NCBI RefSeq assembly: GCF_000011465.1
Contig: NC_005072.1
Location: 720,001 to 752,000 of the forward strand
From: Prochlorococcus marinus subsp. pastoris str. CCMP1986
GTDB taxonomy: Bacteria > Cyanobacteriota > Cyanobacteriia > PCC-6307 > Cyanobiaceae
Direction of reading: 5' to 3'
DNA length: 32,000 nt
Below, in pieces: positions 10,434 through 20,627 of this stretch; position 1 is the first letter of the stretch; every line of letters starts with the position of its first letter. The position numbers and the translations under genes were made by a program. The notes beneath the pieces are model-generated. The model was not told the DNA's origin. It searched no databases and saw nothing but the letters and a program-made list of their open reading frames with translations.

Positions 10434-11435
10434 GTGAATCAAACTTTAATTCAAGAAATTCTCGAAGTAGTCGAGCAAGCCGCAATCGCATCAGCAAAAC
10501 TTACAGGTTTAGGTCAGAAAGACGAAGCTGATGCAGCTGCTGTTGAAGCAATGAGGTTGCGTATGGGGAAAATTGAGATGAAAGGAAAAATTGTAATAGG
10601 TGAAGGTGAACGTGACGAAGCACCAATGTTATACATAGGGGAAGAGGTAGGTAGTGGAAACGGTCCAGGCGTTGACTTTGCTGTAGACCCTTGTGAAGGA
10701 ACTAATCTATGTGCTAACAACCAACGAGGATCCATGGCAGTATTAGCTGCTTCCGACACTGGGGGGCTTTTCAATGCACCTGATTTTTATATGAATAAAT
10801 TGGCAGCACCTCCAGCGGCAAAAGGAAAGGTAGATATAAGGAATTCAGCTACTGAGAATTTAAAAATTTTAAGTAATTGCTTAGATCTAGCGATTGATGA
10901 ACTTACTGTAGTAGTTATGGATAGAGCAAGACATAAAGGTTTGATCAAGGAGATTCGAGAATGTGGAGCAAAAATTCAACCAATTTCTGATGGAGACGTT
11001 CAAGCTGCAATTGCTTGCGGATTTGCTGGTACAGGGACTCATTGCTTAATGGGTATTGGAGCAGCTCCAGAAGGTGTTATATCTGCCGCTGCAATGAGAG
11101 CTCTTGGGGGGCATTTTCAAGGACAGTTAGTTTATGACCCTGCAATTGCGCAAACTTCTGAATGGGCTGACTATACAAAAGAAGGAAATATAAAACGTTT
11201 AAATGAAATGGGAATTACTGATATTGACAAAATCTATGAGGCCAATGAACTTGCATCAGGAGAAAATGTGATCTTTGCGGGAAGTGGAATTACTGATGGA
11301 TTATTATTTGATGGAGTCAAATTTGAAAAAGACTGTACTAGAACCAGTAGCCTTGTAATAAGTACATTGGATAGCACTTGTCGATTTACAAATACAATAC
11401 ACATGAAAGATGGTGCTAAAAGTATTAGCCTTTAA
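10434..11435 (+). CDS. glpX: Class II fructose-1,6-/sedoheptulose-1,7-bisphosphatase
   Basis: 333-aa ORF, GTG start; [47 protein letters not shown] typical of cyanobacterial GlpX/F-SBPase. Confidence 0.96.
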   Translation: MNQTLIQEILEVVEQAAIASAKLTGLGQKDEADAAAVEAMRLRMGKIEMKGKIVIGEGERDEAPMLYIGEEVGSGNGPGVDFAVDPCEGTNLCANNQRGSMAVLAASDTGGLFNAPDFYMNKLAAPPAAKGKVDIRNSATENLKILSNCLDLAIDELTVVVMDRARHKGLIKEIRECGAKIQPISDGDVQAAIACGFAGTGTHCLMGIGAAPEGVISAAAMRALGGHFQGQLVYDPAIAQTSEWADYTKEGNIKRLNEMGITDIDKIYEANELASGENVIFAGSGITDGLLFDGVKFEKDCTRTSSLVISTLDSTCRFTNTIHMKDGAKSISL

Positions 11436-11452
11436 TATTTCAATTTAATTTT

Positions 11453-12754
11453 ATGCATATTGTTGTCGTCGGACTAAGTCATCGCACGGCACCTGTCGAA
11501 GTGCGTGAGAAGTTAAGTATTCCTGATCAATCGATTTCAGAATCATTAAAGACTCTGAGTATCAATTCTGATATTTTAGAAGTTTCTATTTTAAGTACTT
11601 GTAATAGGTTAGAAATATACGCTCTTGTTAAAGAGATAAATATTGGTATTTCATCTATTAAAGAATTTTTAACAGATTACTCGAGCGTAAATTTTGAAGA
11701 CCTAAATCCTCATCTTTTTGATTTTAGACAAGAAGAAGCTGTTTTACATTTAATGAAAGTCTCAGCTGGATTAGATAGCCTCGTTTTGGGCGAAGGTCAA
11801 ATACTCTCGCAAGTTAAAAAAATGATGAGATTAGGTCAGGAGAATCAATCTACCGGTCCAATTCTTAATAGGTTATTAAGTCAATCAGTTAGTGCCGGGA
11901 AGAAAGTTAGATCTGAAACTAATTTAGGAACTGGCGCTGTATCAATTAGCTCAGCCGCTGTTGAACTCGCTCAATTAAAAATTGGACAGGATCATGGTGT
12001 TGATGGGCTCGTTAGTTTGAAATCTGAAAAAGTTCTAGTCGTTGGTGCTGGAAGGATGAGTAGACTTTTAATAACTCATTTGAAATCCAAAGGATGTAAT
12101 AGGCTCACTCTTTTAAATAGAAATATTGAAAGAGCCGTTAATCTTGCAGGAGATTTCCCAGATCTTGAAATAAATTGCAAGAGTTTAAATGAATTGGATA
12201 AAAATATATCTTTATCCTCTCTTGTCTTTACTAGTACTGCTTCTGAAAAACCTTTTATTGATTTAGCAAGAGTTGAAAAAATTAGTTTAAATAACAAACT
12301 TAAATTTATTGATATAGGTGTTCCAAGAAATATATCAAATGATGTTAAACATCATGCTTTTATAGAGTCTTTTGATGTAGATGACTTGGAAGAAGTTGTT
12401 TCTAGAAATCAAGAATTTAGACAAAAAATAGCAAAAGAGGCTGAATCTTTAGTTAAAGATGAAAGAATCATTTTTTTGGAGTGGTGGGCTAGTTTGGAAG
12501 CAGTTCCAGTAATAAATAAATTAAGATCTGATTTGGAGTTAATAAGAAAAGAAGAGTTACAAAAAGCACTAAGTAGAATGGGACCTGATTTTTCTGCTCG
12601 AGAAAGGAAAGTTGTAGAGGCTTTAACTAAAGGGATTATTAATAAGATTCTTCACACACCAGTCACTAAATTGAGAAGTCCTCAGTCAAGAGATGAAAGA
12701 CAAGCATCATTAAAAATCGTTGAAAAATTGTTTTCTTTGGTAGATGATGAATAA
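11453..12754 (+). CDS. hemA: Glutamyl-tRNA reductase
   Basis: 433-aa ORF: VVGLSHRTAPVEVREKL, ILSTCNRLEIY, LVLGEGQILSQVK, VLVVGAGRMSRLL. Confidence 0.98.
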   Translation: MHIVVVGLSHRTAPVEVREKLSIPDQSISESLKTLSINSDILEVSILSTCNRLEIYALVKEINIGISSIKEFLTDYSSVNFEDLNPHLFDFRQEEAVLHLMKVSAGLDSLVLGEGQILSQVKKMMRLGQENQSTGPILNRLLSQSVSAGKKVRSETNLGTGAVSISSAAVELAQLKIGQDHGVDGLVSLKSEKVLVVGAGRMSRLLITHLKSKGCNRLTLLNRNIERAVNLAGDFPDLEINCKSLNELDKNISLSSLVFTSTASEKPFIDLARVEKISLNNKLKFIDIGVPRNISNDVKHHAFIESFDVDDLEEVVSRNQEFRQKIAKEAESLVKDERIIFLEWWASLEAVPVINKLRSDLELIRKEELQKALSRMGPDFSARERKVVEALTKGIINKILHTPVTKLRSPQSRDERQASLKIVEKLFSLVDDE

Positions 12755-12892
12755 AATTTTTAAAAATAACTGACTTTATATTAAGTTTTTCATTAGATTT
12801 TTCTTAATACCTTTGTAAAGTGGCCATTTCCATTTTTAAATTTGCACATAATCAGTTAATTTTAATAGTTGAGTATACCTCCATTAAATTGA

Positions 12893-14188
12893 ATGAAGCG
12901 TGTGTTGGCAATCATCCTCGGAGGAGGAAAAGGTTCTAGGCTTTATCCCTTAACAAAAATGAGGGCTAAACCTGCAGTTCCTTTAGCAGGTAAATATCGT
13001 TTAATTGATATCCCAATTAGTAATTGTATTAATTCTGGGATTAATAAAATGTACGTTTTAACTCAGTTTAATAGTGCTTCTCTTAACAGACATATTGGGA
13101 GAACCTACAATTTAAGTGCTCCTTTTGGGCAAGGATTTGTGGAGGTACTAGCTGCTCAGCAAACTCCTGATAGTCCAAAGTGGTTTGAAGGTACTGCTGA
13201 TGCAGTAAGAAAATATCAATGGTTGTTTCAAGAGTGGGATGTGGACGAATATTTAATATTGTCGGGTGATCAGCTCTATAGAATGGACTATAGTTTATTT
13301 GTTCAACACCATAGAGATAATAAAGCTGATTTAACAGTAGCTGCCTTACCTGTTGATGAATCTCAGGCTGAAGGTTTTGGGCTTATGAGAACAGATGATT
13401 TGGGTAATATTAAAGAATTTAGTGAAAAGCCAACTGGTGAGAAATTAAAATCAATGGCGGTTGATACCTCTAAGTTCGGTTTAACCAAGGAATCGGCATC
13501 AGAGAAACCGTATCTTGCCTCTATGGGCATTTATGTTTTCAGTAGAAAGACACTTTTTGATCTCTTAAATAAGTTCCCTAGTTATACAGATTTTGGTAAA
13601 GATATAATCCCTGAGGCATTAAGTAGAGGGGATACATTAAAGAGTTATGTTTTTGATGATTATTGGGAAGATATAGGAACTATAGGAGCATTTTTTGAAT
13701 CAAACTTAGCATTAACACAACAACCAAAACCTCCGTTTAGTTTTTATGATGAAAAATTTCCTATATATACTAGGCCTAGATATCTTCCTCCATCAAAACT
13801 TGTAGATGCTCAAATTACTGATTCAATAGTTTGTGAAGGAACTATTTTGAAATCTTGTAGCATCTTGCATTGTGTCTTAGGGGTGAGAAGTAGAATTGAA
13901 AGTGATTCTGTTATTGAAGATACTCTTGTAATGGGATCTGATTTTTTTGAATCGCTAGAAGAGAGGATTGAATTAAGAAAAGGTGGTGGTACGCCTCTTG
14001 GAGTAGGAGAAGGTTCAACTATAAAAAGGGCAATTCTTGATAAGAATGCAAGAATTGGAGATAATGTGGTGATAGTAAATAAGGATAGAGTAGAAGAAGC
14101 AGATAAACCAGATGTAGGATTTTATATTAGAAATGGAATTGTTGTTGTAGTTAAAAATGCAACTATTGCTAACGGAACAATTATTTAA
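12893..14188 (+). CDS. glgC: Glucose-1-phosphate adenylyltransferase
   Basis: 431-aa ORF: [69 protein letters not shown]. Confidence 0.98.
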   Translation: MKRVLAIILGGGKGSRLYPLTKMRAKPAVPLAGKYRLIDIPISNCINSGINKMYVLTQFNSASLNRHIGRTYNLSAPFGQGFVEVLAAQQTPDSPKWFEGTADAVRKYQWLFQEWDVDEYLILSGDQLYRMDYSLFVQHHRDNKADLTVAALPVDESQAEGFGLMRTDDLGNIKEFSEKPTGEKLKSMAVDTSKFGLTKESASEKPYLASMGIYVFSRKTLFDLLNKFPSYTDFGKDIIPEALSRGDTLKSYVFDDYWEDIGTIGAFFESNLALTQQPKPPFSFYDEKFPIYTRPRYLPPSKLVDAQITDSIVCEGTILKSCSILHCVLGVRSRIESDSVIEDTLVMGSDFFESLEERIELRKGGGTPLGVGEGSTIKRAILDKNARIGDNVVIVNKDRVEEADKPDVGFYIRNGIVVVVKNATIANGTII

Positions 14189-14254
14189 TTTAGTTTTTCG
14201 ATCATTTTTCGCTGACATAAGTAATGTTTTTTAAGCAATTTCTCTAAGTTGCAT

Positions 14255-14280
14255 GCAATATATATTTATTGCGTTTTTTA
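14255..14280 (+). terminator. Weak terminator-like hairpin between glgC and gnd
   Basis: gcaata-tatatt-tattgc followed by gttttttaattttt; short AT-rich 6-bp stem with a T-rich run. Confidence 0.3.
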
Positions 14281-14286
14281 ATTTTT

Positions 14287-15705
14287 ATGCCCAAGGCACA
14301 TTTTGGTTTAATCGGTCTTGGAGTTATGGGGGAGAATTTAGTTCTTAATGCAGAAAGGAACGGATTTTCTAGTGTAGTTTTTAATAGAACCTATTCAAAA
14401 ACTCAAGAATTCTTAGAAGGTAGAGGTTTAGGAAAGAATGTAGAAGGAGCTAAAACACTTCAAGAATTTGTGAATAAGCTTGAAAGACCAAGAAGAATTT
14501 TAATGATGGTTAAAGCCGGGGCAGCTACAGATGCTGTTATTGATAATATTTCTGAATATCTTGAAGAAGGCGATTTATTAATTGATGGAGGTAATTCTCA
14601 GTTTAAAGATACTGAAAGACGAGTTGCGACTCTTGAAAGTAAAAGCTTTGGATATATAGGAATGGGTGTCTCTGGAGGGGCTAAAGGAGCCTTGGAGGGG
14701 CCAAGCATGATGCCTGGCGGAACTAAAGCCTCTTATGACGCTATAGAAAGTTTATTGACTAAAATGGCTGCGAAAGTAGAAGACGGTCCTTGTGTAGCTT
14801 ATGTTGGACCCGGTGGTTCAGGCCACTTCGTTAAAACTGTTCATAATGGTATTGAATATGGCATTGAGCAAATTCTTGCAGAAGCTTATGACCTTATGAA
14901 AAGAGTCAAAAATATGAATGGATCACAAATGGCTGAGGTTTTTGGTCTTTGGAATAATACTGATGAATTGGCATCTTATCTTGTAGAAATAACGCAAATA
15001 TGTTTAAACACCAAAGATGAACTAACAGGCGAAGATGTTGTGGAAAAAATATTGGATAAAGCTGGCCAAAAAGGTACTGGATTGTGGACTGTTGTTAGTG
15101 CCTTAGAACTTGGTATATCAGTTCCCACTATTTATGCTTCATTAAATGCAAGGGTTATGAGTTCCCTTAAGGTTCAACGTAGTGAAATCGAGAAAACAAT
15201 TCCGATGGAAGCTATTGAAGATTTTGATTTAGGAGAAATTTCTAATGGTATGAAACCTTTGTTTGATGCAGTCGTTCTTGCTACTATTGCTAGTTACGCT
15301 CAAGGGATGGATATATTAAGTGAAGCTTCATCAGTTTATAATTATGAGCTAAATATGCCATCTATTGCTCAAATATGGAAAGGTGGTTGCATTATTAGAT
15401 CAAAATTATTAAAAAAGATTCAAGATGCATATCAAAAAGATCCAAATTTGAAGAATCTAATTTTTGATGATTGGTTCAACAACGAAATTTCTACAAGAAT
15501 TGATAATTTAGCAAGTGTCGTTTCTTCTTCAACTAAGGCTGGTATTCCAGTGCCTTGTTTATCAAGTACTTTAGATTATTTAAATAGTTACAGAACAAAC
15601 AGACTTCCTCAGAATTTAGTTCAAGCCATGAGAGATTGTTTTGGTTCACATACTTACGAAAGAGTTGACAAGGAAGGAAGTTTTCATACTGAATGGATGA
15701 AATGA
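14287..15705 (+). CDS. gnd: 6-phosphogluconate dehydrogenase (decarboxylating)
   Basis: MPKAHFGLIGLGVMGENLVLNAERNGF, IDGGNSQFKDTERR, GVSGGAKGALEGPSMMPGG, FVKTVHNGIEYG. The track starts at 14269 (TTG, MRFLIF-); the ATG at 14287 directly precedes the conserved domain and is the better start. Confidence 0.96.
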   Translation: MPKAHFGLIGLGVMGENLVLNAERNGFSSVVFNRTYSKTQEFLEGRGLGKNVEGAKTLQEFVNKLERPRRILMMVKAGAATDAVIDNISEYLEEGDLLIDGGNSQFKDTERRVATLESKSFGYIGMGVSGGAKGALEGPSMMPGGTKASYDAIESLLTKMAAKVEDGPCVAYVGPGGSGHFVKTVHNGIEYGIEQILAEAYDLMKRVKNMNGSQMAEVFGLWNNTDELASYLVEITQICLNTKDELTGEDVVEKILDKAGQKGTGLWTVVSALELGISVPTIYASLNARVMSSLKVQRSEIEKTIPMEAIEDFDLGEISNGMKPLFDAVVLATIASYAQGMDILSEASSVYNYELNMPSIAQIWKGGCIIRSKLLKKIQDAYQKDPNLKNLIFDDWFNNEISTRIDNLASVVSSSTKAGIPVPCLSSTLDYLNSYRTNRLPQNLVQAMRDCFGSHTYERVDKEGSFHTEWMK

Positions 15706-16430
15706 TTGAACAATCTTATGGTGGATACAAACTTTACATATATAAAGATAAACTTGAACTCTCATCTAATGTCTCTAATTTTATAGAAAATCAAATTGTT
15801 CAAACGTTAAAAATTAAAGATAGATTTCAATTTTGTGTAAGTGGTGGTTCAACCCCTAAATCTGTTTATCAATTACTATCAGAAAGAGATATTGAATGGG
15901 AGAAAGTTGATATTTTTTTAGGTGATGAGAGGTGTGTTGATCCAAAATCTGAATTAAGTAACTCTCTGATGTTAAAAAATTCCTTGCTAACTAAATATGG
16001 TTCTAAAGCCTTCTTTTATGAGATTTTTAGTGATAAAAAAGTTGACGATAATATCTCAAAAAATTTATTAATTTCTAAATTAAATGAAAAATGTAATGGT
16101 AAACCTCCATCTTTTGATTTAACTTTATTAGGCCTTGGTGATGATGGTCATACCGCTTCGCTATTTCCATATCAGAAAAATAATAATGCTGATGATTTTG
16201 TAATTTTTAATGAGGGAAAAGGTCTTAAAAGAATTTCTCTAACTCCTAAAGTACTATCTGCTTCTTCAAAGATTATATTTTTAGTTAGTGGGGCTTCTAA
16301 ACAATTAGCACTTAAGAGACTATTGGATAAAAATGAGTCCCCAGAAAGGACTCCTTCTAAATTAATTAAATCAAGTGACCAGATATCAATATTTTGCGAT
16401 GAAGAATCTTCAAAAGAATTATCAATTTAG
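15693..16430 (+). CDS. pgl: 6-phosphogluconolactonase
   Basis: 245-aa ORF: FCVSGGSTPKSVYQLL, VDIFLGDERCVDP, LTLLGLGDDGHTASLFP. Overlaps the gnd stop; an alternative in-frame ATG is at 15702. Confidence 0.95.
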   Translation: MDEMIEQSYGGYKLYIYKDKLELSSNVSNFIENQIVQTLKIKDRFQFCVSGGSTPKSVYQLLSERDIEWEKVDIFLGDERCVDPKSELSNSLMLKNSLLTKYGSKAFFYEIFSDKKVDDNISKNLLISKLNEKCNGKPPSFDLTLLGLGDDGHTASLFPYQKNNNADDFVIFNEGKGLKRISLTPKVLSASSKIIFLVSGASKQLALKRLLDKNESPERTPSKLIKSSDQISIFCDEESSKELSI

Positions 16431-16460
16431 GTAGAGTCTATACTAGTTCTAAACTAATTA

Positions 16461-17009
16461 ATGAGTAATAAAAAAGTTTTATTCCAGAAAAAAGAGTTTG
16501 AAGGATGGAAAACCTTAAACGACACTGTTATGGGTGGTTCAAGTTCAGCTTATTGCGAAAATACAAATTCTGGGTTGCTATTAAAGGGAAATATCATAGA
16601 GAAAGCTGGAGGCTTTGTTAGTTGTAGATCATCGATATATAAACCTTCATTAGATATTAACGAGTATCAATCTTTTGAATTAAAAATAGATGGTCAAGGT
16701 AGAACCTTCAAATTTGCAGTCGCATGCGAAGATGACATCCTTGGCCTGACAGAATTTATTCCTGGTGGTCTGAGATGGATAAAATCATTTCCTACTAAAA
16801 AATTTGGAACAACTAAGATAGAAATTCCTTTTAATTCTCTTAATCCATCAGTAAGAGCTAATAAGGTCCGTTTCCCTTTCAAATTTAAACCATCAAAAAT
16901 TAAGAGATTACAACTGCTGCATTCAAAATTTGGAGATAATGGTCTACTTAATGATGGATTCAAATCGGGTCCAATAAAAATTTTAATAAAATCAATCAGT
17001 GTTTTTTGA
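16461..17009 (+). CDS. CIA30/NDUFAF1-like domain protein
   Basis: 182-aa ORF: WKTLNDTVMGGSSSAYCENTNSGLLLKGNIIEKAGGFVSCRS, and IPFNSLNPSVRANKVRFPFKFKPSKIKRLQLLHSKFGDNG as in CIA30-domain proteins. Confidence 0.8.
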   Translation: MSNKKVLFQKKEFEGWKTLNDTVMGGSSSAYCENTNSGLLLKGNIIEKAGGFVSCRSSIYKPSLDINEYQSFELKIDGQGRTFKFAVACEDDILGLTEFIPGGLRWIKSFPTKKFGTTKIEIPFNSLNPSVRANKVRFPFKFKPSKIKRLQLLHSKFGDNGLLNDGFKSGPIKILIKSISVF

Positions 17010-17385
17010 AGATTTTGCTGAAAAATTTAATACTTTAATTGCTAAGTCTGCAGATTTAACAAATAAACCTTTTCTGCACTCAGTCGTAAAGATTAATGGG
17101 GAATATGAAAGAGATAATGAGGATATTGATTTAACTTTAAATATTTTATGTAGAGATAATGAAGGGAAAAGATTGGATATTTATGATCTTGAGTTGGAAC
17201 TTTTTAAATCAAATAGTGAATTAGTTTTAGTTATTTCGAAGCTGAACTTTCCTGATGAACCTATTTTATGGAGTGGTGTAAAAACAATATGGATGAATAG
17301 TAGAGATGGCAAAAAATGCTCTCCACCAAAATATAGTTCAAGATTGGAGAACCTTGCTACGAGGATAAAAAATTTTATTACTTAG
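16999..17385 (+). CDS. Conserved hypothetical protein, function not recognised
   Basis: 128-aa ORF, GTG start, overlapping the upstream CDS by 11 nt; abuts ilvD tail-to-tail. Confidence 0.65.
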   Translation: MFFEDFAEKFNTLIAKSADLTNKPFLHSVVKINGEYERDNEDIDLTLNILCRDNEGKRLDIYDLELELFKSNSELVLVISKLNFPDEPILWSGVKTIWMNSRDGKKCSPPKYSSRLENLATRIKNFIT

Positions 17386-17402
17386 AACAGTTTATTAGGA
17401 GA

Positions 17403-19082
17403 TTATTCTTCCAAATCTGTAACGGCTCCTAGGCTTGAGGTGCTAACAATTCTTGAATATTTAGAAAGAACTCCTTTTTTATATTTTTTACTAGGCTTTT
17501 CCCAGTTAATTCTTCTCATTTCTAATTCCTCATCAGATAGTTCAACTTCGATTAATTGGTTTGTAGCATCAACAGTTATTAAATCGCCTTCTTTTATTAA
17601 CGCTATATTTCCTCCAACTGCTGCCTCTGGTGCAATGTGGCCAACAACTAGGCCATAGGTGCCTCCACTAAATCTACCATCAGTTATTAGCGCTACTTTT
17701 TCTCCAAGTCCTTGCCCAACAATTGCGGATGTTGGTGCCAACATTTCTCTCATCCCTGGTCCGCCCACAGGACCTTCATTTCTTATAACAACAACATTAC
17801 CAGCTTTAATATCATTATTCAAAATTGATTTGAGACAATCCTCCTCACTCTCAAAGATGCGAGCAGGTCCTTTTAATACAGGATTCTTTATTCCACTAAT
17901 TTTGGCTACACAACCTTCCGAGGCTAAGTTCCCTTTTAGAATCGCTAAGTGACCTTTTTTATAAAGTGGATTATCAATATCTCGAATGACATCCTGATTC
18001 TCTGGAGGTTTAACTGGAATATCTTTTAAGGATTCAACTACTGTTTTACCCTCTATGTTTCTACAATTACCATGTATCAAACCTGTGTTTAGAAGTATTT
18101 TCATAACTTGTGGAATTCCACCTGCTTTATGAAGATCGACTGTTACGTATTTACCGCTGGGTTTTAAGTCGCAAATTACAGGTACTTTTTGTCTTATTCT
18201 TTCGAAATCATCAATATTGATATCTATACCTGCTGTATTTGCTATTGCTAATATATGGAGAACGGCATTAGTTGAACCTCCAATAGCCATAATGACAGTT
18301 ATTGCATTCTCAAATGATTCTTTAGTCATGAGAGTTAAAGGTCTAATATCTTTTCTAATTGCATCAACTAATATTTCAGCACTTTTTTCAGCGCTAACTT
18401 CCTTTTCGTAATCTTCAGCTGCCATTGTTGAACTATATGGAAGACTTAAACCCAAGACTTCTATAACAGCAGACATAGTGTTAGCTGTAAACATTCCTCC
18501 ACAACTTCCAGCTCCTGGGATACAATTTTTTTCAACTTCAATTAATCTCTTCTCATTTATTTTCCCAGAAGTTAATTGCCCAACAGCTTCAAATGCACTG
18601 ACAACTGTAAGATCTTCACCATTTAATTTACCAGGTTTTATTGTTCCTCCATAAATAAATATGGATGGGATATTCATTCTTGCAATTGCAATCATTGCTC
18701 CTGGCATATTTTTATCACAACCTCCAATAGCTAAAACCCCATCCATACTTTGCGCATTGCATGCTGTTTCGATTGAATCAGCTATAACCTCTCTTGAAAC
18801 TAGGGAATATTTCATTCCCTCTGTTCCCATAGAGATTCCATCACTTACGGTGATGGTTCCGAACATCTGAGGCATACCTCCTGCTTCTCTTATTGATTCT
18901 TCAGCTTTTAGAGCTAACTTGTTTAGACCCATATTGCATGGTGTGATAGTACTAAATCCGTTAGCAACTCCAATTATAGGTTTAGTAAAATCTTCATCAC
19001 TAAAACCAACAGCTCTTAACATTGATCTGTTAGGAGATCTTTGGACACCTTGAGTTATTGCAGATGATCTTAATTTATTCAT
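17403..19082 (-). CDS. ilvD: Dihydroxy-acid dehydratase
   Basis: 559-aa ORF: [82 protein letters not shown]. Confidence 0.98.
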   Translation of the reverse strand: MNKLRSSAITQGVQRSPNRSMLRAVGFSDEDFTKPIIGVANGFSTITPCNMGLNKLALKAEESIREAGGMPQMFGTITVSDGISMGTEGMKYSLVSREVIADSIETACNAQSMDGVLAIGGCDKNMPGAMIAIARMNIPSIFIYGGTIKPGKLNGEDLTVVSAFEAVGQLTSGKINEKRLIEVEKNCIPGAGSCGGMFTANTMSAVIEVLGLSLPYSSTMAAEDYEKEVSAEKSAEILVDAIRKDIRPLTLMTKESFENAITVIMAIGGSTNAVLHILAIANTAGIDINIDDFERIRQKVPVICDLKPSGKYVTVDLHKAGGIPQVMKILLNTGLIHGNCRNIEGKTVVESLKDIPVKPPENQDVIRDIDNPLYKKGHLAILKGNLASEGCVAKISGIKNPVLKGPARIFESEEDCLKSILNNDIKAGNVVVIRNEGPVGGPGMREMLAPTSAIVGQGLGEKVALITDGRFSGGTYGLVVGHIAPEAAVGGNIALIKEGDLITVDATNQLIEVELSDEELEMRRINWEKPSKKYKKGVLSKYSRIVSTSSLGAVTDLEE

Positions 19083-19105
19083 ATGATTTGAGAACCTCTA
19101 TTATT

Positions 19106-19396
19106 CTATTGTCCTAATTCCTCAAGTTGCCTCCTTACATCAGCAATTGCAGAATTAAGCTCTTCAACTTTTTGCTCTAATTTATCTCCTTCAACGTCTT
19201 TAATGTTTTCGTTAGTGTCAATAGCTTCTGAACCATCTTGAATTCTTGATGAATACATCATTGCTTTTTGTTTCTTTTCTTCTTTTCTTTTATCTGCTTC
19301 GGAGATTAACCACCATGCCAAACCTGCTGCTCCGATAAAAGCCCCACTTATTAAAGATAAAAAATTATTTGAAGACGAATCTCTATATTCAGACAT
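19106..19396 (-). CDS. Small membrane-associated hypothetical protein with C-terminal coiled-coil tendency
   Basis: 96-aa ORF; small-residue-rich hydrophobic segment FLSLISGAFIGAAGLAWWLI followed by a charged tail ending EQKVEELNSAIADVRRQLEELGQ. Confidence 0.7.
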   Translation of the reverse strand: MSEYRDSSSNNFLSLISGAFIGAAGLAWWLISEADKRKEEKKQKAMMYSSRIQDGSEAIDTNENIKDVEGDKLEQKVEELNSAIADVRRQLEELGQ

Positions 19397-19425
19397 TGGT
19401 AATTAATTTCTATTTATATTATATC

Positions 19426-20043
19426 TTAGTTCTTATCTGAAAATATAGTACTCAAACGCAATAAAGGGTTTCCAATTCCGGGCTTCAACAAATTTGAATT
19501 TTCGTCTTCTTCATCAATACAAGATGTATATATAACTTGTTGAGGAAATACCTTTGCAATTTCATTTAGACCTTTATTGCTGCAAATGGATGATATTAAT
19601 AAAATCCTATTAGATTCAACCCCTAATCTTTTTAACTTAATAAGAGTTTCAATTGGATTTGATTTCATCTTTATTTGATCTGAATAAACCATAACACCAA
19701 TATTATCTTCGATTTTTGTTGGTAATTCTCCTAACAAAAGAGTTGAATTTGGGATCACTTCTTTTGCTCCGTACCATAGGGATAATCCTTCAGGCATTAT
19801 TGCTATTACTTTTATTGGATAATCATTATTTATAAAAACACCTTCTGCCTCTCCATGATCTGTTTTTATCGACTCTTTTTTATATGGAAGCCAATCTCTT
19901 AACGCTTCATAAGTTAGCCATTTTCCTAATTGTTCATAGCCAGTTGAATATAAAATATTAGGAGTATTTTTCTCTCTTAAAATTGAAAGCCAATGTTTTA
20001 TTAATGGATGAGGAGGAACAATAACCTTTAGTGACATTGCCAT
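19426..20043 (-). CDS. Uracil phosphoribosyltransferase-like protein with degenerate active-site motifs
   Basis: Alignable by eye with Upp (HPLIKHWLSILREKNTP, LTYEALRDWLP, LLISSICSNKGLNEIAKVFPQQVIYTSCIDE). The track starts at 20070 (TTG); ATG at 20043 has an AAAGGA-type RBS upstream and is preferred. Confidence 0.8.
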   Translation of the reverse strand: MAMSLKVIVPPHPLIKHWLSILREKNTPNILYSTGYEQLGKWLTYEALRDWLPYKKESIKTDHGEAEGVFINNDYPIKVIAIMPEGLSLWYGAKEVIPNSTLLLGELPTKIEDNIGVMVYSDQIKMKSNPIETLIKLKRLGVESNRILLISSICSNKGLNEIAKVFPQQVIYTSCIDEEDENSNLLKPGIGNPLLRLSTIFSDKN

Positions 20044-20105
20044 ATATTTTCCTTTAAGATGGTGATACAAACTTTAAAACCCTAGATCTAAAATACATTT
20101 TTATT

Positions 20106-20618
20106 ATGATTAAATCAATTAATTTCCCTTCCCTCAAAAATGCTTTAATAACTATATTTTTTATTGGAATCCTATTTTTTAATTTTGTAAACTCTGCTTG
20201 GGCTAAACGACCTCCAGAAATAAGAAACCAGCAAGACCTTGATTTAGAGGAAGATATGCATGGTCAAGATCTTAGTGGTAATGAATTTGTAAAGTTCAAT
20301 TTAAATGGATTTGATTTTAGTCAAAGTAACTTGGAGGGCGCAGTTTTTAATAATAGTAAATTGCAAAACGCAACTATGACTGGAGCTAACCTTAGTGACG
20401 CTTTAGCATATGCAACAGATTTTACAGACGCAGATCTTTCAGATGTGAATTTCACAAATGCTTTATTAATGGAAAGTAATTTTGAAGGGGCCAAGATTGA
20501 TGGTGCAGATTTTACGAATGCAGTTCTTAGCCGTATACAACAAAAAGAATTATGTGAAATAGCAAATGGTACTAATAGTTCGACAGGAGAAAGTACAGAA
20601 TATAGTCTTGGTTGTTAA
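20106..20618 (+). CDS. Secreted, probably thylakoid-lumenal, pentapeptide repeat protein
   Basis: Signal-peptide-like N terminus (LITIFFIGILFFNFVNSAWA), repeats such as ANLSDALAYATDFTDADLSDVNFTNALL, and a C-terminal cysteine pair (ELCEIANGTNSSTGESTEYSLGC) resembling plant lumenal TL pentapeptide proteins. Confidence 0.88.
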   Translation: MIKSINFPSLKNALITIFFIGILFFNFVNSAWAKRPPEIRNQQDLDLEEDMHGQDLSGNEFVKFNLNGFDFSQSNLEGAVFNNSKLQNATMTGANLSDALAYATDFTDADLSDVNFTNALLMESNFEGAKIDGADFTNAVLSRIQQKELCEIANGTNSSTGESTEYSLGC

Positions 20619-20627
20619 AAAACAAAT

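Noticed and set aside
10514-10774. 86-aa minus-strand ORF
   Set aside because: Antisense shadow within glpX; low-complexity Ser/Pro/Ala translation.
14015-14218. 67-aa minus-strand ORF
   Set aside because: Mostly antisense to the 3' end of glgC; Asn/Ile/Ser-rich translation with no domain.
17440-18870. Several plus-strand ORFs (17440-17658, 17659-17952, 18217-18411, 18661-18870)
   Set aside because: All lie antisense to ilvD and look like shadow frames of a conserved gene.
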